This document shows positions 28,099 to 38,146 of a DNA stretch of 57,328 nt, one piece after another. The stretch covers positions 1-57,328 of the forward strand of contig JAGCJJ010000092.1 of NCBI GenBank assembly GCA_017648065.1. The letters run 5' to 3'. The stretch's first letter is position 1. Each line of letters opens with the position of its first letter. This DNA is from Kiritimatiellia bacterium (GTDB lineage: Bacteria > Verrucomicrobiota > Kiritimatiellia > RFP12 > UBA3636). The translations under genes and the position numbers were made by a program. The notes below the pieces were generated by a model. It ran no database searches. It was not told the DNA's origin and saw only the letters and a list, made by a program, of their open reading frames with translations.

Positions 28099-30042
28099 CT
28101 ATTTACTTTTCCCATCATTAATCAATTCTAGCGCAGGCAAGACCTCTGCCTCTAGATATTCCTCATAGCTATAGAGAGAAATGCCCCTAAGCTTTTTAAA
28201 TCCTGCAAAACGGAGCTGATGAAATACCTGAGTTACATTTAACAACCCCTCAAACGAATTTACACCAATTCCTGAAACAACTCTATCGCGATACTTTGGA
28301 TTTGATTGCACACTTACCAACTCGCGATAATAATTCATATCTGTTGTATAGTTCATAGGAACAACAAAATCAACGAGTCCTTCATCTAGCCACGTATACC
28401 AATCCTGACCAACTGTATTGACGCACTTTGGGTGCTCTCCAAAAACAGCAGTTGAAAAAGTAACATTTGGTACTGCTTTTTTAAGCGATGTACCTACTGA
28501 GCGGACAAACCCTGCCACATTTTTGCTACGCCACTTATCATATTGCTGGCGATGTTTTCCATCAATCGCAATATCCTTTGACCAATCAATTTGCTTGAGT
28601 TTTGCATATTGCATAAATTTAGCTTTATCGTTAACAGACTTCAAATCATTTGCAGGGAAATCTGGGTAGCGGACATAATCTAAATGAACACCATCAAAAC
28701 CATAAGTCTTTACTAAATAAATTGCTGTATCGCTAATAATTTTCGCGACATCTGGATGGTTTGGGTTAAGCCAACGGATAGTTGTTTTTTCAGATTCGCC
28801 CTCTATTGTCATTCCACGTTTTTTATATACATCCCAGTTCGCTTGAGGCATATATTCTCCGCTAAGCGAATATATCCATGCATGGGTGCGAATACCTGCG
28901 GCCTTGTAAAGAGCAATCATTTCACGCAAGTCTTTTTCACGTGACTTATCTTTAGGCAATGGAAGATTTGGCAAAGAAACACGCCCCCAACCAGGTGCTG
29001 CCATTTCCATATACACATCTGTCACACCAGCTGCCTTAAGCTTTTCAACGGCAGCCTTTTTGTTTTTGGTATGAGCAAGAACAGTTGATTTATCCCACGC
29101 TGCCACAACCTTTAGCTTTACTGGTCCATCAAGAAGAGCTTGGGTAATATCCAATTCCTTACGTAGTTTACAAAGCTCTGGCACTGCTTTTGCAAAAAGT
29201 CCTTTAGAAAAGCATATATCTATTTCTGAATTTATATTTCGCAAAACATCCAGCTTTTGCTTTACCTTTGGATATGGTGTATGCTTATATTTCTCATAAA
29301 GAGCTGAAACAGATTTTTGAGGGATTGACTCATTTATTTCTTTACGCAAATTTTGAGCAGCAGAACGCCATAGCGATTTATCTTTCCCGCAGACAATAGA
29401 GGCGACAAAATATGTATAATCTGACTGATTTGCATATTCGCTAGGAAGAAAGCCTATCCAAAAACCATTAGGTACCTCAATAACAGCAGCAGGACCTTTC
29501 GTTTTAGAAGAGCTCTCCCAATTACCAAGCACCTTGCCACCTTTTTGTGGTGTTACCTGCAACACAGATGTTAATTTATGAGAATAGCTTTCAGGCATAT
29601 GAACTGGGCGAGGCCATGCAAAGACAATGCGCTCCCACCACTCTTCCTTGCCATCAAGCTTAACAAACTTATCTATCTGAATCCCCATTGTCTGTGCTAA
29701 AGCAGGAGAATCAGAATAAAAGACACAAACCTTTCCACCACGTCCAACAAAACTGTTTATTCCTGCCAAAAATTCCTTACTTGGATTTTGGCACATAATA
29801 AGACTGGCGGTCTTGCAATCTTGTGATAAAGCATCCTTAAAATTCTTATCTGAAAAAACCTCTGCAGTTAAACCAATACGCTGTAGGTATCGGCTCATCC
29901 CTTTAGCTCTGCGAGCAACAAATGAAACCTCTTTTTTATTTCTTAAAGAATCCTCGCCATAAATAATAGCAACCTCAGCGGTGCGCAATAATGGCATCGC
30001 TAAAAAGAGGAAAACAAAAAAGAATAGAAGCTTACGTAGCAT
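28099..30042 (-). CDS. Secreted GHL10 (DUF187) glycoside hydrolase-like protein with an N-terminal extra domain (start revised from 30099)
   Basis: Signal peptide MLRKLLFFFVFLFLA; HAWI, WLNP.HP, YGFDGVHLDYVRYP, GQDW..W...G.VDFVVPMNY. Confidence 0.8.
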   Translation of the reverse strand: MLRKLLFFFVFLFLAMPLLRTAEVAIIYGEDSLRNKKEVSFVARRAKGMSRYLQRIGLTAEVFSDKNFKDALSQDCKTASLIMCQNPSKEFLAGINSFVGRGGKVCVFYSDSPALAQTMGIQIDKFVKLDGKEEWWERIVFAWPRPVHMPESYSHKLTSVLQVTPQKGGKVLGNWESSSKTKGPAAVIEVPNGFWIGFLPSEYANQSDYTYFVASIVCGKDKSLWRSAAQNLRKEINESIPQKSVSALYEKYKHTPYPKVKQKLDVLRNINSEIDICFSKGLFAKAVPELCKLRKELDITQALLDGPVKLKVVAAWDKSTVLAHTKNKKAAVEKLKAAGVTDVYMEMAAPGWGRVSLPNLPLPKDKSREKDLREMIALYKAAGIRTHAWIYSLSGEYMPQANWDVYKKRGMTIEGESEKTTIRWLNPNHPDVAKIISDTAIYLVKTYGFDGVHLDYVRYPDFPANDLKSVNDKAKFMQYAKLKQIDWSKDIAIDGKHRQQYDKWRSKNVAGFVRSVGTSLKKAVPNVTFSTAVFGEHPKCVNTVGQDWYTWLDEGLVDFVVPMNYTTDMNYYRELVSVQSNPKYRDRVVSGIGVNSFEGLLNVTQVFHQLRFAGFKKLRGISLYSYEEYLEAEVLPALELINDGKSK

Positions 30043-30073
30043 TGGGAACAAAAAATACAGAGGTCTTAAAAGC

Positions 30074-30116
30074 ATTTGTCCTAAACGGCGGCAATGCACC
30101 GTCGATTAGGACAAAT
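30074..30116 (-). terminator. Intrinsic terminator-like hairpin after araA
   Basis: 11-bp inverted repeat atttgtcctaa / ttaggacaaat with an inner GC stem; followed by gctttt on the minus strand. Confidence 0.65.
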
Positions 30117-30174
30117 ATTTAGTTTGCCTAGTGGCAAAATTGTGTAGCAACAATAATTACTACATTGCTATGCA

Positions 30175-31668
30175 TTAGAATGAAGCATCATTCCAGCGTA
30201 GCTCATTGCGGAAGTTACGAATTGTTGTAGCTTCATCAATGTATACGCACTCAATACCCATAGCAGCAGCCCAATCACCCATCTGCTCAGCTGTCAGGTC
30301 ATAAGAGAATGCAGTATGGTGAGCACCGCCAGCAAGAATCCAAGCCTCAGCACCTGTGATTAGGTTTGGCATTGGCTTCCACAATGCTGTAGCTACAGGA
30401 AGCTTAGGCATTGGTGTATCCTGAGGCAAGCATTCTACCTCATTTACAATCAAGCGGAAACGATGGCCAAGATCAACTAGTGAGCAAGCAACGCCACGAC
30501 CTGGCTTTGATGTAAATACTAGACGTGCTGGATCCTCACGCTGACCCATAGATAGGAACTGAACCTTCATTACAGGCTTTTCAGCTGCAACTGTTGGGCA
30601 GATTTCAAGCATGTGAGACTGAAGGATTGCCTCATTACCTGCTGGTAGATGATATGTGTAATCCTCAAAGAATGAAGTACCCTTAGCATTCTTGATACCT
30701 GTTGTCATAATCTTCATCAGACGAACCATTGCAGCTGTCTTCCAGTCACCCTCTGCACCAAAGCCATAGCCCTCAGCCATTAGGCGCTGAATTGCCAAGC
30801 CTGGTAGCTGCTTCAAGCCACCTAGCATCTGGAAGTTAGTTACGATTGCATGGTAGTTATGCTCTTCAAGGAAGCGGCGGAAACCAATTTCAATTCCTGC
30901 CTGCACCTCAACATGCTTACGAAACTCAGCTGGCTTACGGCCTTCTAGCACTACACCATACTGCTCATAGTAAAGGTCTGTCAAATCATTGATTTCTGAC
31001 TTCTTTACAGCATCAACATATTCAGCAATATCTGTTACATTGTAAGCATCAATTTCCCAGCCAAACTTAATTTCAGCCTCAACCTTATCACCTTCTGTAA
31101 CAGCAACATCACGCATATTATCGCCAATACGTAGAACACGAATATGGCTGCTTTCCATAACACCGATAGCTGTACGCATCCATGAAGCAATGCGCTCTTG
31201 AACATTTTCATCACTCCAATGGCCAACTATAATCTTGCGCTCAATGCCCATACGGCTTACGATATGACCAAACTCGCGATCGCCATGTGCAGACTGATTT
31301 GTATTCATGAAATCCATATCGATTGAATCGTATGGAATTTCGCGATTAAATTGTGTATGTAGGTGTAGCAATGGCTTACGATATTCCTGAAGGCCTAGAA
31401 TCCACATCTTTGCAGGAGAGAATGTGTGCATCCAAGTAATAACACCTGCGCAATTTGGATCTGCGTTTGCATCATTAAAGCACTTACGAATAGATGCTGA
31501 GTCAATAAGTGTTGGCTTTAGCTCTACCTTAAATGGAAGCTTCTTAGAAGCGTTAAGTGCTTCTACGATAATTTGGGAATGCTTTGCGACTTCCTTAAGG
31601 CACTCATCACCATAAAGATCCTGAGAGCCAGTTGCAAACCAAAACTTATATTTCTTTGTCTTTAGCAT
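30175..31668 (-). CDS. araA: L-arabinose isomerase (497 aa; start revised from 31749)
   Basis: FWFATGSQDLYG, WMHTFSPAK, NQSAHGDREFG, VAVTEGDKV, GFGAEGDWK, SHMLEICP, AGGAHHT. Confidence 0.97.
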   Translation of the reverse strand: MLKTKKYKFWFATGSQDLYGDECLKEVAKHSQIIVEALNASKKLPFKVELKPTLIDSASIRKCFNDANADPNCAGVITWMHTFSPAKMWILGLQEYRKPLLHLHTQFNREIPYDSIDMDFMNTNQSAHGDREFGHIVSRMGIERKIIVGHWSDENVQERIASWMRTAIGVMESSHIRVLRIGDNMRDVAVTEGDKVEAEIKFGWEIDAYNVTDIAEYVDAVKKSEINDLTDLYYEQYGVVLEGRKPAEFRKHVEVQAGIEIGFRRFLEEHNYHAIVTNFQMLGGLKQLPGLAIQRLMAEGYGFGAEGDWKTAAMVRLMKIMTTGIKNAKGTSFFEDYTYHLPAGNEAILQSHMLEICPTVAAEKPVMKVQFLSMGQREDPARLVFTSKPGRGVACSLVDLGHRFRLIVNEVECLPQDTPMPKLPVATALWKPMPNLITGAEAWILAGGAHHTAFSYDLTAEQMGDWAAAMGIECVYIDEATTIRNFRNELRWNDASF

Positions 31669-31713
31669 AGGAAAAACCTTTCTTACAAAATTATTTTTAA
31701 TTTGATAAATCAA

Positions 31714-31742
31714 ATTGTACCTAATTATAGAAAAAAAATCAA
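31714..31742 (-). promoter_or_regulatory. Putative sigma70 promoter of araA
   Basis: Minus strand TTGATT-N17-TACAAT. Confidence 0.5.
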
Positions 31743-31995
31743 TAAACAACGCACTGCCAATTCACTACAAACCTAAATTGTGCAATTAGTTGTAAATGTT
31801 ATAGCTAAAAATACAAAGGTTTTGGTAATACAACCTTAAAATTGGATAAATTTTATGCATACTAATAGAGTACAATTACTCAAAAAATTGTAAAGTATGC
31901 TAAGGATATGCATAATTAATGCCTATAGTCCTAAATCCGGAGATGCTTTATATCCGAACTACACTTCCCAAAGGAAAACCATTTGGGCAAAAAAA

Positions 31996-32072
31996 TGGTC
32001 GGAGAGGCGGGATTCGAACCCACGACAGCCAGTTCCCAAAACTGGTGCGCTACCAGACTGCGCTACTCTCCG
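31996..32072 (-). tRNA. tRNA-Pro (anticodon TGG), CCA encoded
   Basis: Minus strand CGGAGAG-TA-GCGCAGTCTGGTAGCGC-A-CCAGT-TT TGG GA-ACTGG-CTGTC-GTGGG TTCGAAT CCCGC-CTCTCCG-ACCA. Full cloverleaf with C1-G72 and A73 proline identity elements. Confidence 0.97.
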
Positions 32073-32097
32073 ACTTGTGATGTAAAATATGCGCATA

Positions 32098-32126
32098 ATG
32101 ATACAGTATTCTGAACCAAAATGCAA
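32098..32126 (-). promoter_or_regulatory. Putative sigma70 promoter of tRNA-Pro
   Basis: Minus strand TTGCAT-N17-TATCAT with an A-rich upstream region. Confidence 0.55.
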
Positions 32127-32150
32127 GCACTTTTTTCAATTTTTTAAGTT

Positions 32151-33473
32151 TTATTTTTTCTTTATTGCTAAAACAGATAAAATCAATGAGATACAACCTC
32201 CAAAAATTGGCAAAAAAGAAGGTAATGTAGGCATTATTGCAGAAATTAAACCACAAAAACCACCAATTCCTGCTGCTGAAAGCCACATTCCAGAGTGCAC
32301 CATGCCACGAGAATGTGCAAATAACGCTACTGCTAATGGAATTGCAATACCTGGAGTATAAATACTATAAGAAAGAAGCAACAATTCAATGATACCATAA
32401 TCTAAAAATGCAAGCGACATTGCCACAAGTCCTATAGCCAATACTGTAAGTCGAATTGAACGCACACTACCACAATTCAGAATATCGCGATTCACAATTA
32501 CAGCACAATTAATTAAGCAAGTATTAGCTGAAGAAAGCAAAACAGAAATCAGCCCAAGAGAAAAAAGCAATTTTAATGGCAATGGGAGCAATGTGCTGAT
32601 GTGAATCAAAGGGTTGTCATTAGAAGAAGGGAATTTTGATGCGTCCCACAACCCCATAAATGTAATTATTATTCCAAGAGCAAGAATTGTTACTGCTGCA
32701 AGAACTGTAGCGAGCTTTGCATGCTTAGGTGTGCGTGCGATAAAGCTTCTTGAAACAACATCTGGGCCAAGAAAGAATGCTCCGCCTGCAGCAAAAAGCA
32801 TCAGCACCAGCTTTTCCCAACCAAAACTAGAATTAAGAAGCTCAAATTGTGGCAAGGTTTGATTAGGCGAATCTACTCCTGTAACACCTCCAAATGCAAT
32901 TGCTATTGCTACTGCAATAAAAGCGGCAATAATTATCATTGCCTGGAGTTTATCGGTACGCACGACAGATAATTGCCCTCCGCACATTGTATAGCAAATT
33001 GTAATAGCACCAGCAATAATTACCCCCCACTCTCTTGTGAGCCATTCAAATGAAAACAATTTTATAAATTCATAGCCGATATAAAATTGTGCCGCAACAA
33101 TTCCAATCCATGCAATTGCAATAATAGAGCCTACTATTTTTTTTGCACGAGAAGAAACTAATTTCTCTGCAAGTTCAGGAAGTGAACATGGCTTAAATTT
33201 TGCAATGCGCGAGGTTAAAAATGCAGCTTGCAAAAGCAAGCCGACAGCACCTGCCGCAAGCCACCAAATTGCAGGCCAACCAATATTTTTTGCAGACTCT
33301 GCCACACCAATAGTTGCTGATGCACCAATAATTGTTGCAACAAGTGATGCATATACACCAAACACACCTTGATTACGCCCAGCGACAACAAAATCTGCTG
33401 CTGTGGGTTTTCGCAGAAAATCGCAAACACAAATAAATGCAAGAATGATGATGTATACTAAAAATATTGTCAT
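32151..33473 (-). CDS. Sodium:solute symporter (SSS) family protein
   Basis: DFVVAGR, ATIIGASATIG, YTMCGGQLSVVRTDKLQ, SSANT; about 13 TM segments. Substrate unknown. Confidence 0.88.
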   Translation of the reverse strand: MTIFLVYIIILAFICVCDFLRKPTAADFVVAGRNQGVFGVYASLVATIIGASATIGVAESAKNIGWPAIWWLAAGAVGLLLQAAFLTSRIAKFKPCSLPELAEKLVSSRAKKIVGSIIAIAWIGIVAAQFYIGYEFIKLFSFEWLTREWGVIIAGAITICYTMCGGQLSVVRTDKLQAMIIIAAFIAVAIAIAFGGVTGVDSPNQTLPQFELLNSSFGWEKLVLMLFAAGGAFFLGPDVVSRSFIARTPKHAKLATVLAAVTILALGIIITFMGLWDASKFPSSNDNPLIHISTLLPLPLKLLFSLGLISVLLSSANTCLINCAVIVNRDILNCGSVRSIRLTVLAIGLVAMSLAFLDYGIIELLLLSYSIYTPGIAIPLAVALFAHSRGMVHSGMWLSAAGIGGFCGLISAIMPTLPSFLPIFGGCISLILSVLAIKKK

Positions 33474-33507
33474 AGACTAGTACAAGCCAAAGCGAACCAC
33501 TCCACTA

Positions 33508-34329
33508 TCAGGAAAGGATTGCTGCGGATTTGAATGCCTCTAAATCAGAGAACGCAGGGGTTGTTGATTGAGGAATTGAAGCCGCTGTCTGCTCAGCAAT
33601 CCAACTATCTATGAGCTTACGAGCAAGAGAATCCTTACGAGGCAACTCAGGCAAATTATCAATAGTAAAGAACTGTGCATCTGTCAGCTCAGAATCCTGA
33701 AGAGTAATATCTCCATTTATAGCCTCAGCAGTAAAGCCCAACATCAAGCTATTTGGATATGGCCAAATTTGGCTGCCAAAATATTTCAGATTCTTCAGCT
33801 TTAGACCTGTCTCTTCATAAGCCTCACGAACAACACATTCCTCAAGGCTCTCACCTAGTTCTACAAAGCCAGCAACGAGTCCATAAAATGATCCGCGAAA
33901 ATTCTTTGCACGAACAAGAAGAGCACTCTTCTTGCGTTTAATTAAAATAATAGCTGCAGGCGCAATAATTGTATATTGAGGTTTGCCACATGTGCAACAA
34001 CGCTTTGATGAGAATCCTGCTGGATCCATGCGTCCCCCACATACAGGACAACGCTGGGAATTCAAATCCCACAATACCTTTTCTAAAGCAACAAGAGCTG
34101 GCTTATAAAACTTCTCTGGAAGAAGTTCATATGCATCTCGTAATCCAACTAAATCCGTTAGCTTTTCCTGACAACAAACTGCACGGGCAGGAACACCATC
34201 AATCAAGCCTAAGCCAAATACTATCATACCCTCAGCAGGTGCAACTGGGCAAAACTCCTCACAAGGCAGTTCTCCATTTGGCAAGAACAACTTACCATCA
34301 CAAATAATATACCAATAAATCTTTTTCAT
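33508..34329 (-). CDS. nudC: NAD-capped RNA / NADH pyrophosphatase NudC
   Basis: Zn ribbon CPVCG...C.TCG, Nudix box GFVELGESLEECVVREAYEETG, and SQIWPYPNSLM. Own promoter-like TTGATA-N17-TAGAAT at 34339-34367. Confidence 0.92.
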   Translation of the reverse strand: MKKIYWYIICDGKLFLPNGELPCEEFCPVAPAEGMIVFGLGLIDGVPARAVCCQEKLTDLVGLRDAYELLPEKFYKPALVALEKVLWDLNSQRCPVCGGRMDPAGFSSKRCCTCGKPQYTIIAPAAIILIKRKKSALLVRAKNFRGSFYGLVAGFVELGESLEECVVREAYEETGLKLKNLKYFGSQIWPYPNSLMLGFTAEAINGDITLQDSELTDAQFFTIDNLPELPRKDSLARKLIDSWIAEQTAASIPQSTTPAFSDLEAFKSAAILS

Positions 34330-34384
34330 AGGTGCAAAATTCTAATAAAAACAAATCTATTTATCAATCCGCAATTTTTGAATA

Positions 34385-35464
34385 TTACATAGGTCTAGCA
34401 GATTTTAACCTTTCATAAGTTTCCATAATCAATTCTTCTGTCTCTGCCCAACCAATGCATGCATCTGTAACAGAAACCCCATAACGAAGTTTAGACTTAT
34501 CTGCTGTAATCGGTTGAGAACCAAACTCAAGATTACTCTCAAGCATGTAGCCACAAATTGATGTATTACCATTCTCAATTTGGCTTAATATGCTATTAAC
34601 TACAATTCTTTGACGCTCCGGCTTCTTTAATGAATTACCATGACTGCAATCAACAATAATGCGCTTAGGAAGATGCGCAGCCTCTAATGCCTCTTCGCAT
34701 TCAATAATTGAAACCTCATCATAATTAGGGCGCTTTCCTCCACGCAAAACAACATGCGCATAACGATTTCCTTTTGTACTGAAAACAGCAGGAAGGCCTT
34801 CATCTGTTACGCCTAAGAAATGGTGAGAACCAAGTGATGCACGAACTCCATTTATTGCAGCTCCAAGAGAGCCATCAGTTGCATTCTTAAAACCAACTGG
34901 AGTAGAAATACCACTGGCAATCTCGCGATGTGTTTGTGCTTCTGCTGTGCGAGCACCAATAGCAGACCAAGAAATTAAATCGCCAATATACTGAGGTGTC
35001 AAAGTATCAAGAATTTCTGTAGCAGCAGGAAGACCAAGCTCAGCCAAATCTAACAAAAATTTTCGAGCAATAATAATGCCCTCTTCCATACGAAAGGTAT
35101 CATCCAAATATGGGTCATTTATCAAGCCCTTCCATCCAAGTACAGAACGAGGCTTTTCAAAATAAACACGCATAACAATTAGAAGCTTATCTGAAACCTT
35201 ATCAGAAAGCACCTTGAGTCGTGAAGCATATTCCTTAGCTTCTTCAATATTATGTAAAGAGCAAGGTCCAGTAATAACAATAAAGTGATTATCTATGCAA
35301 TCCAAGATACGTTCAATTGAAGCACGTCCTTCTGCAACCATCTTAGTTGTAACTTCTGTTTGAGGAAGAATGTCGCGTATTTGAGCAGGTGTCTTTAGTA
35401 AAAGAACATCATTAATATTGGTATTATCAATGCCAGGAAGACGAATATCTTTTTCTTTAATCAT
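34385..35464 (-). CDS. DAHP synthase, class I-alpha (AroF/G/H family)
   Basis: GPCSLH, RVYFEKPR..GWKGLINDP, AIGART, VGFKNATDG, VDCSHGNS, GVSVTDACIGW. The isoenzyme cannot be assigned. Confidence 0.93.
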   Translation of the reverse strand: MIKEKDIRLPGIDNTNINDVLLLKTPAQIRDILPQTEVTTKMVAEGRASIERILDCIDNHFIVITGPCSLHNIEEAKEYASRLKVLSDKVSDKLLIVMRVYFEKPRSVLGWKGLINDPYLDDTFRMEEGIIIARKFLLDLAELGLPAATEILDTLTPQYIGDLISWSAIGARTAEAQTHREIASGISTPVGFKNATDGSLGAAINGVRASLGSHHFLGVTDEGLPAVFSTKGNRYAHVVLRGGKRPNYDEVSIIECEEALEAAHLPKRIIVDCSHGNSLKKPERQRIVVNSILSQIENGNTSICGYMLESNLEFGSQPITADKSKLRYGVSVTDACIGWAETEELIMETYERLKSARPM

Positions 35465-35475
35465 AAATTCACCTC

Positions 35476-36708
35476 TTATTTAACTTCACAGGTAGGAGAT
35501 ATATTTAACAGGCCAAAATTATTTGCATTATTTTCACGAGAATTTATAGGTTGTTTATCATCAATAGTGAACTCTAATGCTTTTGTTCTGCTAACATAAG
35601 TACGAACATAAGGATTATTTAGAAATACATCAATATAGTAATGTCCATTTGTTAATAGCTTTTTAAGACCAGGGAATCGAACAATCATTGTTGCAGAACC
35701 ATTAAGCTCATTAATGGCAACATTTGTATTAACAAAATTTGCCTTTGCAATCATCTCGCTTGTATTAGTCTTAATGATATTCACTACCTCAACAGTTTGC
35801 ACCAATGCTGAAGAAGAGATTTTATTTTCTATGATTAAATCATCACCTTCAAATGAGGTTGTCATTGAATCTATTTGAACAGGATCAAGAGGAGCAACAA
35901 TTGGAAAAACACCAGCTCCACTTGCTGTTTCTCTCAAATAATCATCAACAATCTGCGCAGATGGGCCTTGCTTATAAACCTTGCCATCTTTTAACCAAAC
36001 ACACTTATTACAAAGTTCGCGAACAGCATTCATATTGTGTGAAACAAAAATAATTGTTCGACCACCCTTTGCAATATCATTCATTTTTGAAAGGCATTTC
36101 TTTTGGAATTCAGCATCACCAACAGCAAGCACCTCATCAATAAGCAAAATTTCCGGTTCAAGGTGCGCTGCAACAGCAAAACCTAAGCGAACATACATAC
36201 CAGAAGAATATCTTCTCACGGGAGTATCAAGAAAATTTTCTACACCTGAGAACTTAACGATTTCATCAAACTTGTCATCGATCTCATGCTTATGCATTCC
36301 AAGAACAGCACCTGAAAGATAAATATTTTCTCTGCCTGTCAAATCTGGGTGAAAGCCAGTTCCCACCTCGAGCAAAGAGCCAACACGGCCATCAAGCATA
36401 GCCTTACCTGAGGTTGGTTCTGTAATGCGTGTTAACACCTTTAGAAGAGTTGATTTTCCAGAACCATTTGTTCCAATCAGTCCAATAACATCACCTTGTT
36501 CAACAGTAAAAGAAACATTATCAAGAGCCTTAAATAAACCCTTCGCTCCTATACGACCCTCATCACCAATTTTAACAAAATCGTCTAGTTTCCTACGAAA
36601 TATTTTTTTTAGAAAATAATGAAACTCATCGCCAAAGGTTTTTCTATCAATTACACCTAAGCGATAATGCTTACTAATATTTTCTACAGAAATAACTGTT
36701 TTACCCAT
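35476..36708 (-). CDS. wzt: Polysaccharide-export ABC ATPase Wzt with C-terminal domain (ATG at 36708)
   Basis: GTNGSGKSTLLK, LLEVGTGFHPDLTGRENI, RYSSGMYVRLGF, DEVLAVGDAEFQKKC, FVSH. Confidence 0.9.
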   Translation of the reverse strand: MGKTVISVENISKHYRLGVIDRKTFGDEFHYFLKKIFRRKLDDFVKIGDEGRIGAKGLFKALDNVSFTVEQGDVIGLIGTNGSGKSTLLKVLTRITEPTSGKAMLDGRVGSLLEVGTGFHPDLTGRENIYLSGAVLGMHKHEIDDKFDEIVKFSGVENFLDTPVRRYSSGMYVRLGFAVAAHLEPEILLIDEVLAVGDAEFQKKCLSKMNDIAKGGRTIIFVSHNMNAVRELCNKCVWLKDGKVYKQGPSAQIVDDYLRETASGAGVFPIVAPLDPVQIDSMTTSFEGDDLIIENKISSSALVQTVEVVNIIKTNTSEMIAKANFVNTNVAINELNGSATMIVRFPGLKKLLTNGHYYIDVFLNNPYVRTYVSRTKALEFTIDDKQPINSRENNANNFGLLNISPTCEVK

Positions 36709-36733
36709 AATATTCAAAACCAATAATTATCAA

Positions 36734-37573
36734 TTAAATTACATCTACAAAATTTCTCTGCACTTTGTTAAACAAAGCCAATCCAGAGAAAAATATTATT
36801 ATTGTAGAAACGCAACCAATAATAATAGCGTTCAAATCAAGAGTCGTTTGGCCAGTGAACATAAATCTATTTAATTCAACCGCTATAGAGACTGGATTAG
36901 CCCAGATAATAGCACGATATACAGGATTACTTACAACGCTTGCAGGAAAAATAATTGGTGTTGCATACATCCATGTTTGAACAAAGAAAGGAAGCATAAA
37001 TCTAAAATCGCGATATTTCGTAGTTACTGCGGCAATCCATAGACCAACACCCAGACCAACTACAGCTGTATATAAAATCAGCAAAGGAAATGCTAGCATA
37101 TACCAATTTGGCGCAAATTGCGTTCCCCCAGTTTGTGTAAAATAATAATACAAATAAAATGCCAAAAACATTAGCATATTCAAACCAAGATAAACGAGAT
37201 TGGAAACCACACCAGAAAGAGGAATAATAATTCTTGGGAAATACACTTTTGAAAGCATAGTAGAATTTGAGGCAAGAGAATTTCCTGCAGTATTCATCAC
37301 CCCTTGAGTATAATTCCAAATCACAATACCACTCATATAGAAAACCATATGAGGTAAACCATCAGTTGAGATATTAGCAACCCTACCAAAAATGACAGTA
37401 AAAACAACAGTTGTAATTAATGGCTGAATTAAAAACCACAAAGGGCCAAGAATTGTTTGCTTATAAATAACAGTCAAATCGCGTTTAACTAATAGCATTA
37501 GTAAATCGCGATACTCTAACACTTCTTTTAATTTGAAATTAAAAAAATTCTTTGTAGGTTGTATAATTACCAT
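36734..37573 (-). CDS. wzm: Polysaccharide-export ABC permease Wzm (ATG at 37573)
   Basis: YRDLL..LVKRD...YKQTILG..W..IQPL, KVYFPR, KYRD, YATPII, NP; adjacent to wzt. Confidence 0.9.
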   Translation of the reverse strand: MVIIQPTKNFFNFKLKEVLEYRDLLMLLVKRDLTVIYKQTILGPLWFLIQPLITTVVFTVIFGRVANISTDGLPHMVFYMSGIVIWNYTQGVMNTAGNSLASNSTMLSKVYFPRIIIPLSGVVSNLVYLGLNMLMFLAFYLYYYFTQTGGTQFAPNWYMLAFPLLILYTAVVGLGVGLWIAAVTTKYRDFRFMLPFFVQTWMYATPIIFPASVVSNPVYRAIIWANPVSIAVELNRFMFTGQTTLDLNAIIIGCVSTIIIFFSGLALFNKVQRNFVDVI

Positions 37574-37588
37574 AAACAAACTTTATAT

Positions 37589-38134
37589 TTATTGTTTCAG
37601 ACTCTCGATTGCAAACTTAACTGCATCTAGAATGGATGCACAAATTGGGAGCTGGTTTTGTTCTGCGTACTCTTTTGCACTCTCGCGTGGAGCACCTGTT
37701 GCTCCTCGATAAACAAGTATTGACCCAACACCTGCATTTACACCACACTCAATATCTGAACGCTTATCCCCTACTATCCAACAATGAGCTGCATCAAGTT
37801 TATCTTCTTCTATGCGCTCTAAAATATATGCCGGAGATGGCTTACGATATTTTGATGGCTCATCTGGTGTCTCAGGAGCGATGCAAATTCCTGCAAAGCT
37901 TGGCAACTCAAGAAGCTCAAGCAAGCGTGCATTACATGCCTCTGCATCTGAAAGTGTGTAATACCCACGATTGATGCCGCTCTGATTTGTAAGCAAATAC
38001 AACTCAAAATGCTTTGCAGCTAACTTTAATGCTTCCTTTGCATCTGGGAGTAAACGTATCTGTTCTGGACGGCTCATGTAACTCTCATCAAAAACGAGAG
38101 TATCATCACGATCTAAAAATAAAGCAGGTTTCAT
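37589..38134 (-). CDS. gmhB: D-glycero-D-manno-heptose 1,7-bisphosphate phosphatase
   Basis: HAD motifs FLDRDDTL, TNQSGINRGY, RKPSP, VGDKRSDI; adjacent to the heptose kinase. Confidence 0.85.
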   Translation of the reverse strand: MKPALFLDRDDTLVFDESYMSRPEQIRLLPDAKEALKLAAKHFELYLLTNQSGINRGYYTLSDAEACNARLLELLELPSFAGICIAPETPDEPSKYRKPSPAYILERIEEDKLDAAHCWIVGDKRSDIECGVNAGVGSILVYRGATGAPRESAKEYAEQNQLPICASILDAVKFAIESLKQ

Positions 38135-38146
38135 TTTACAAAATTC

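Noticed and set aside
31996-32072. tRNA-Pro as the attachment site of an intact genomic island
   Set aside because: No integrase, and no second copy of the tRNA 3' end noticed in the window.
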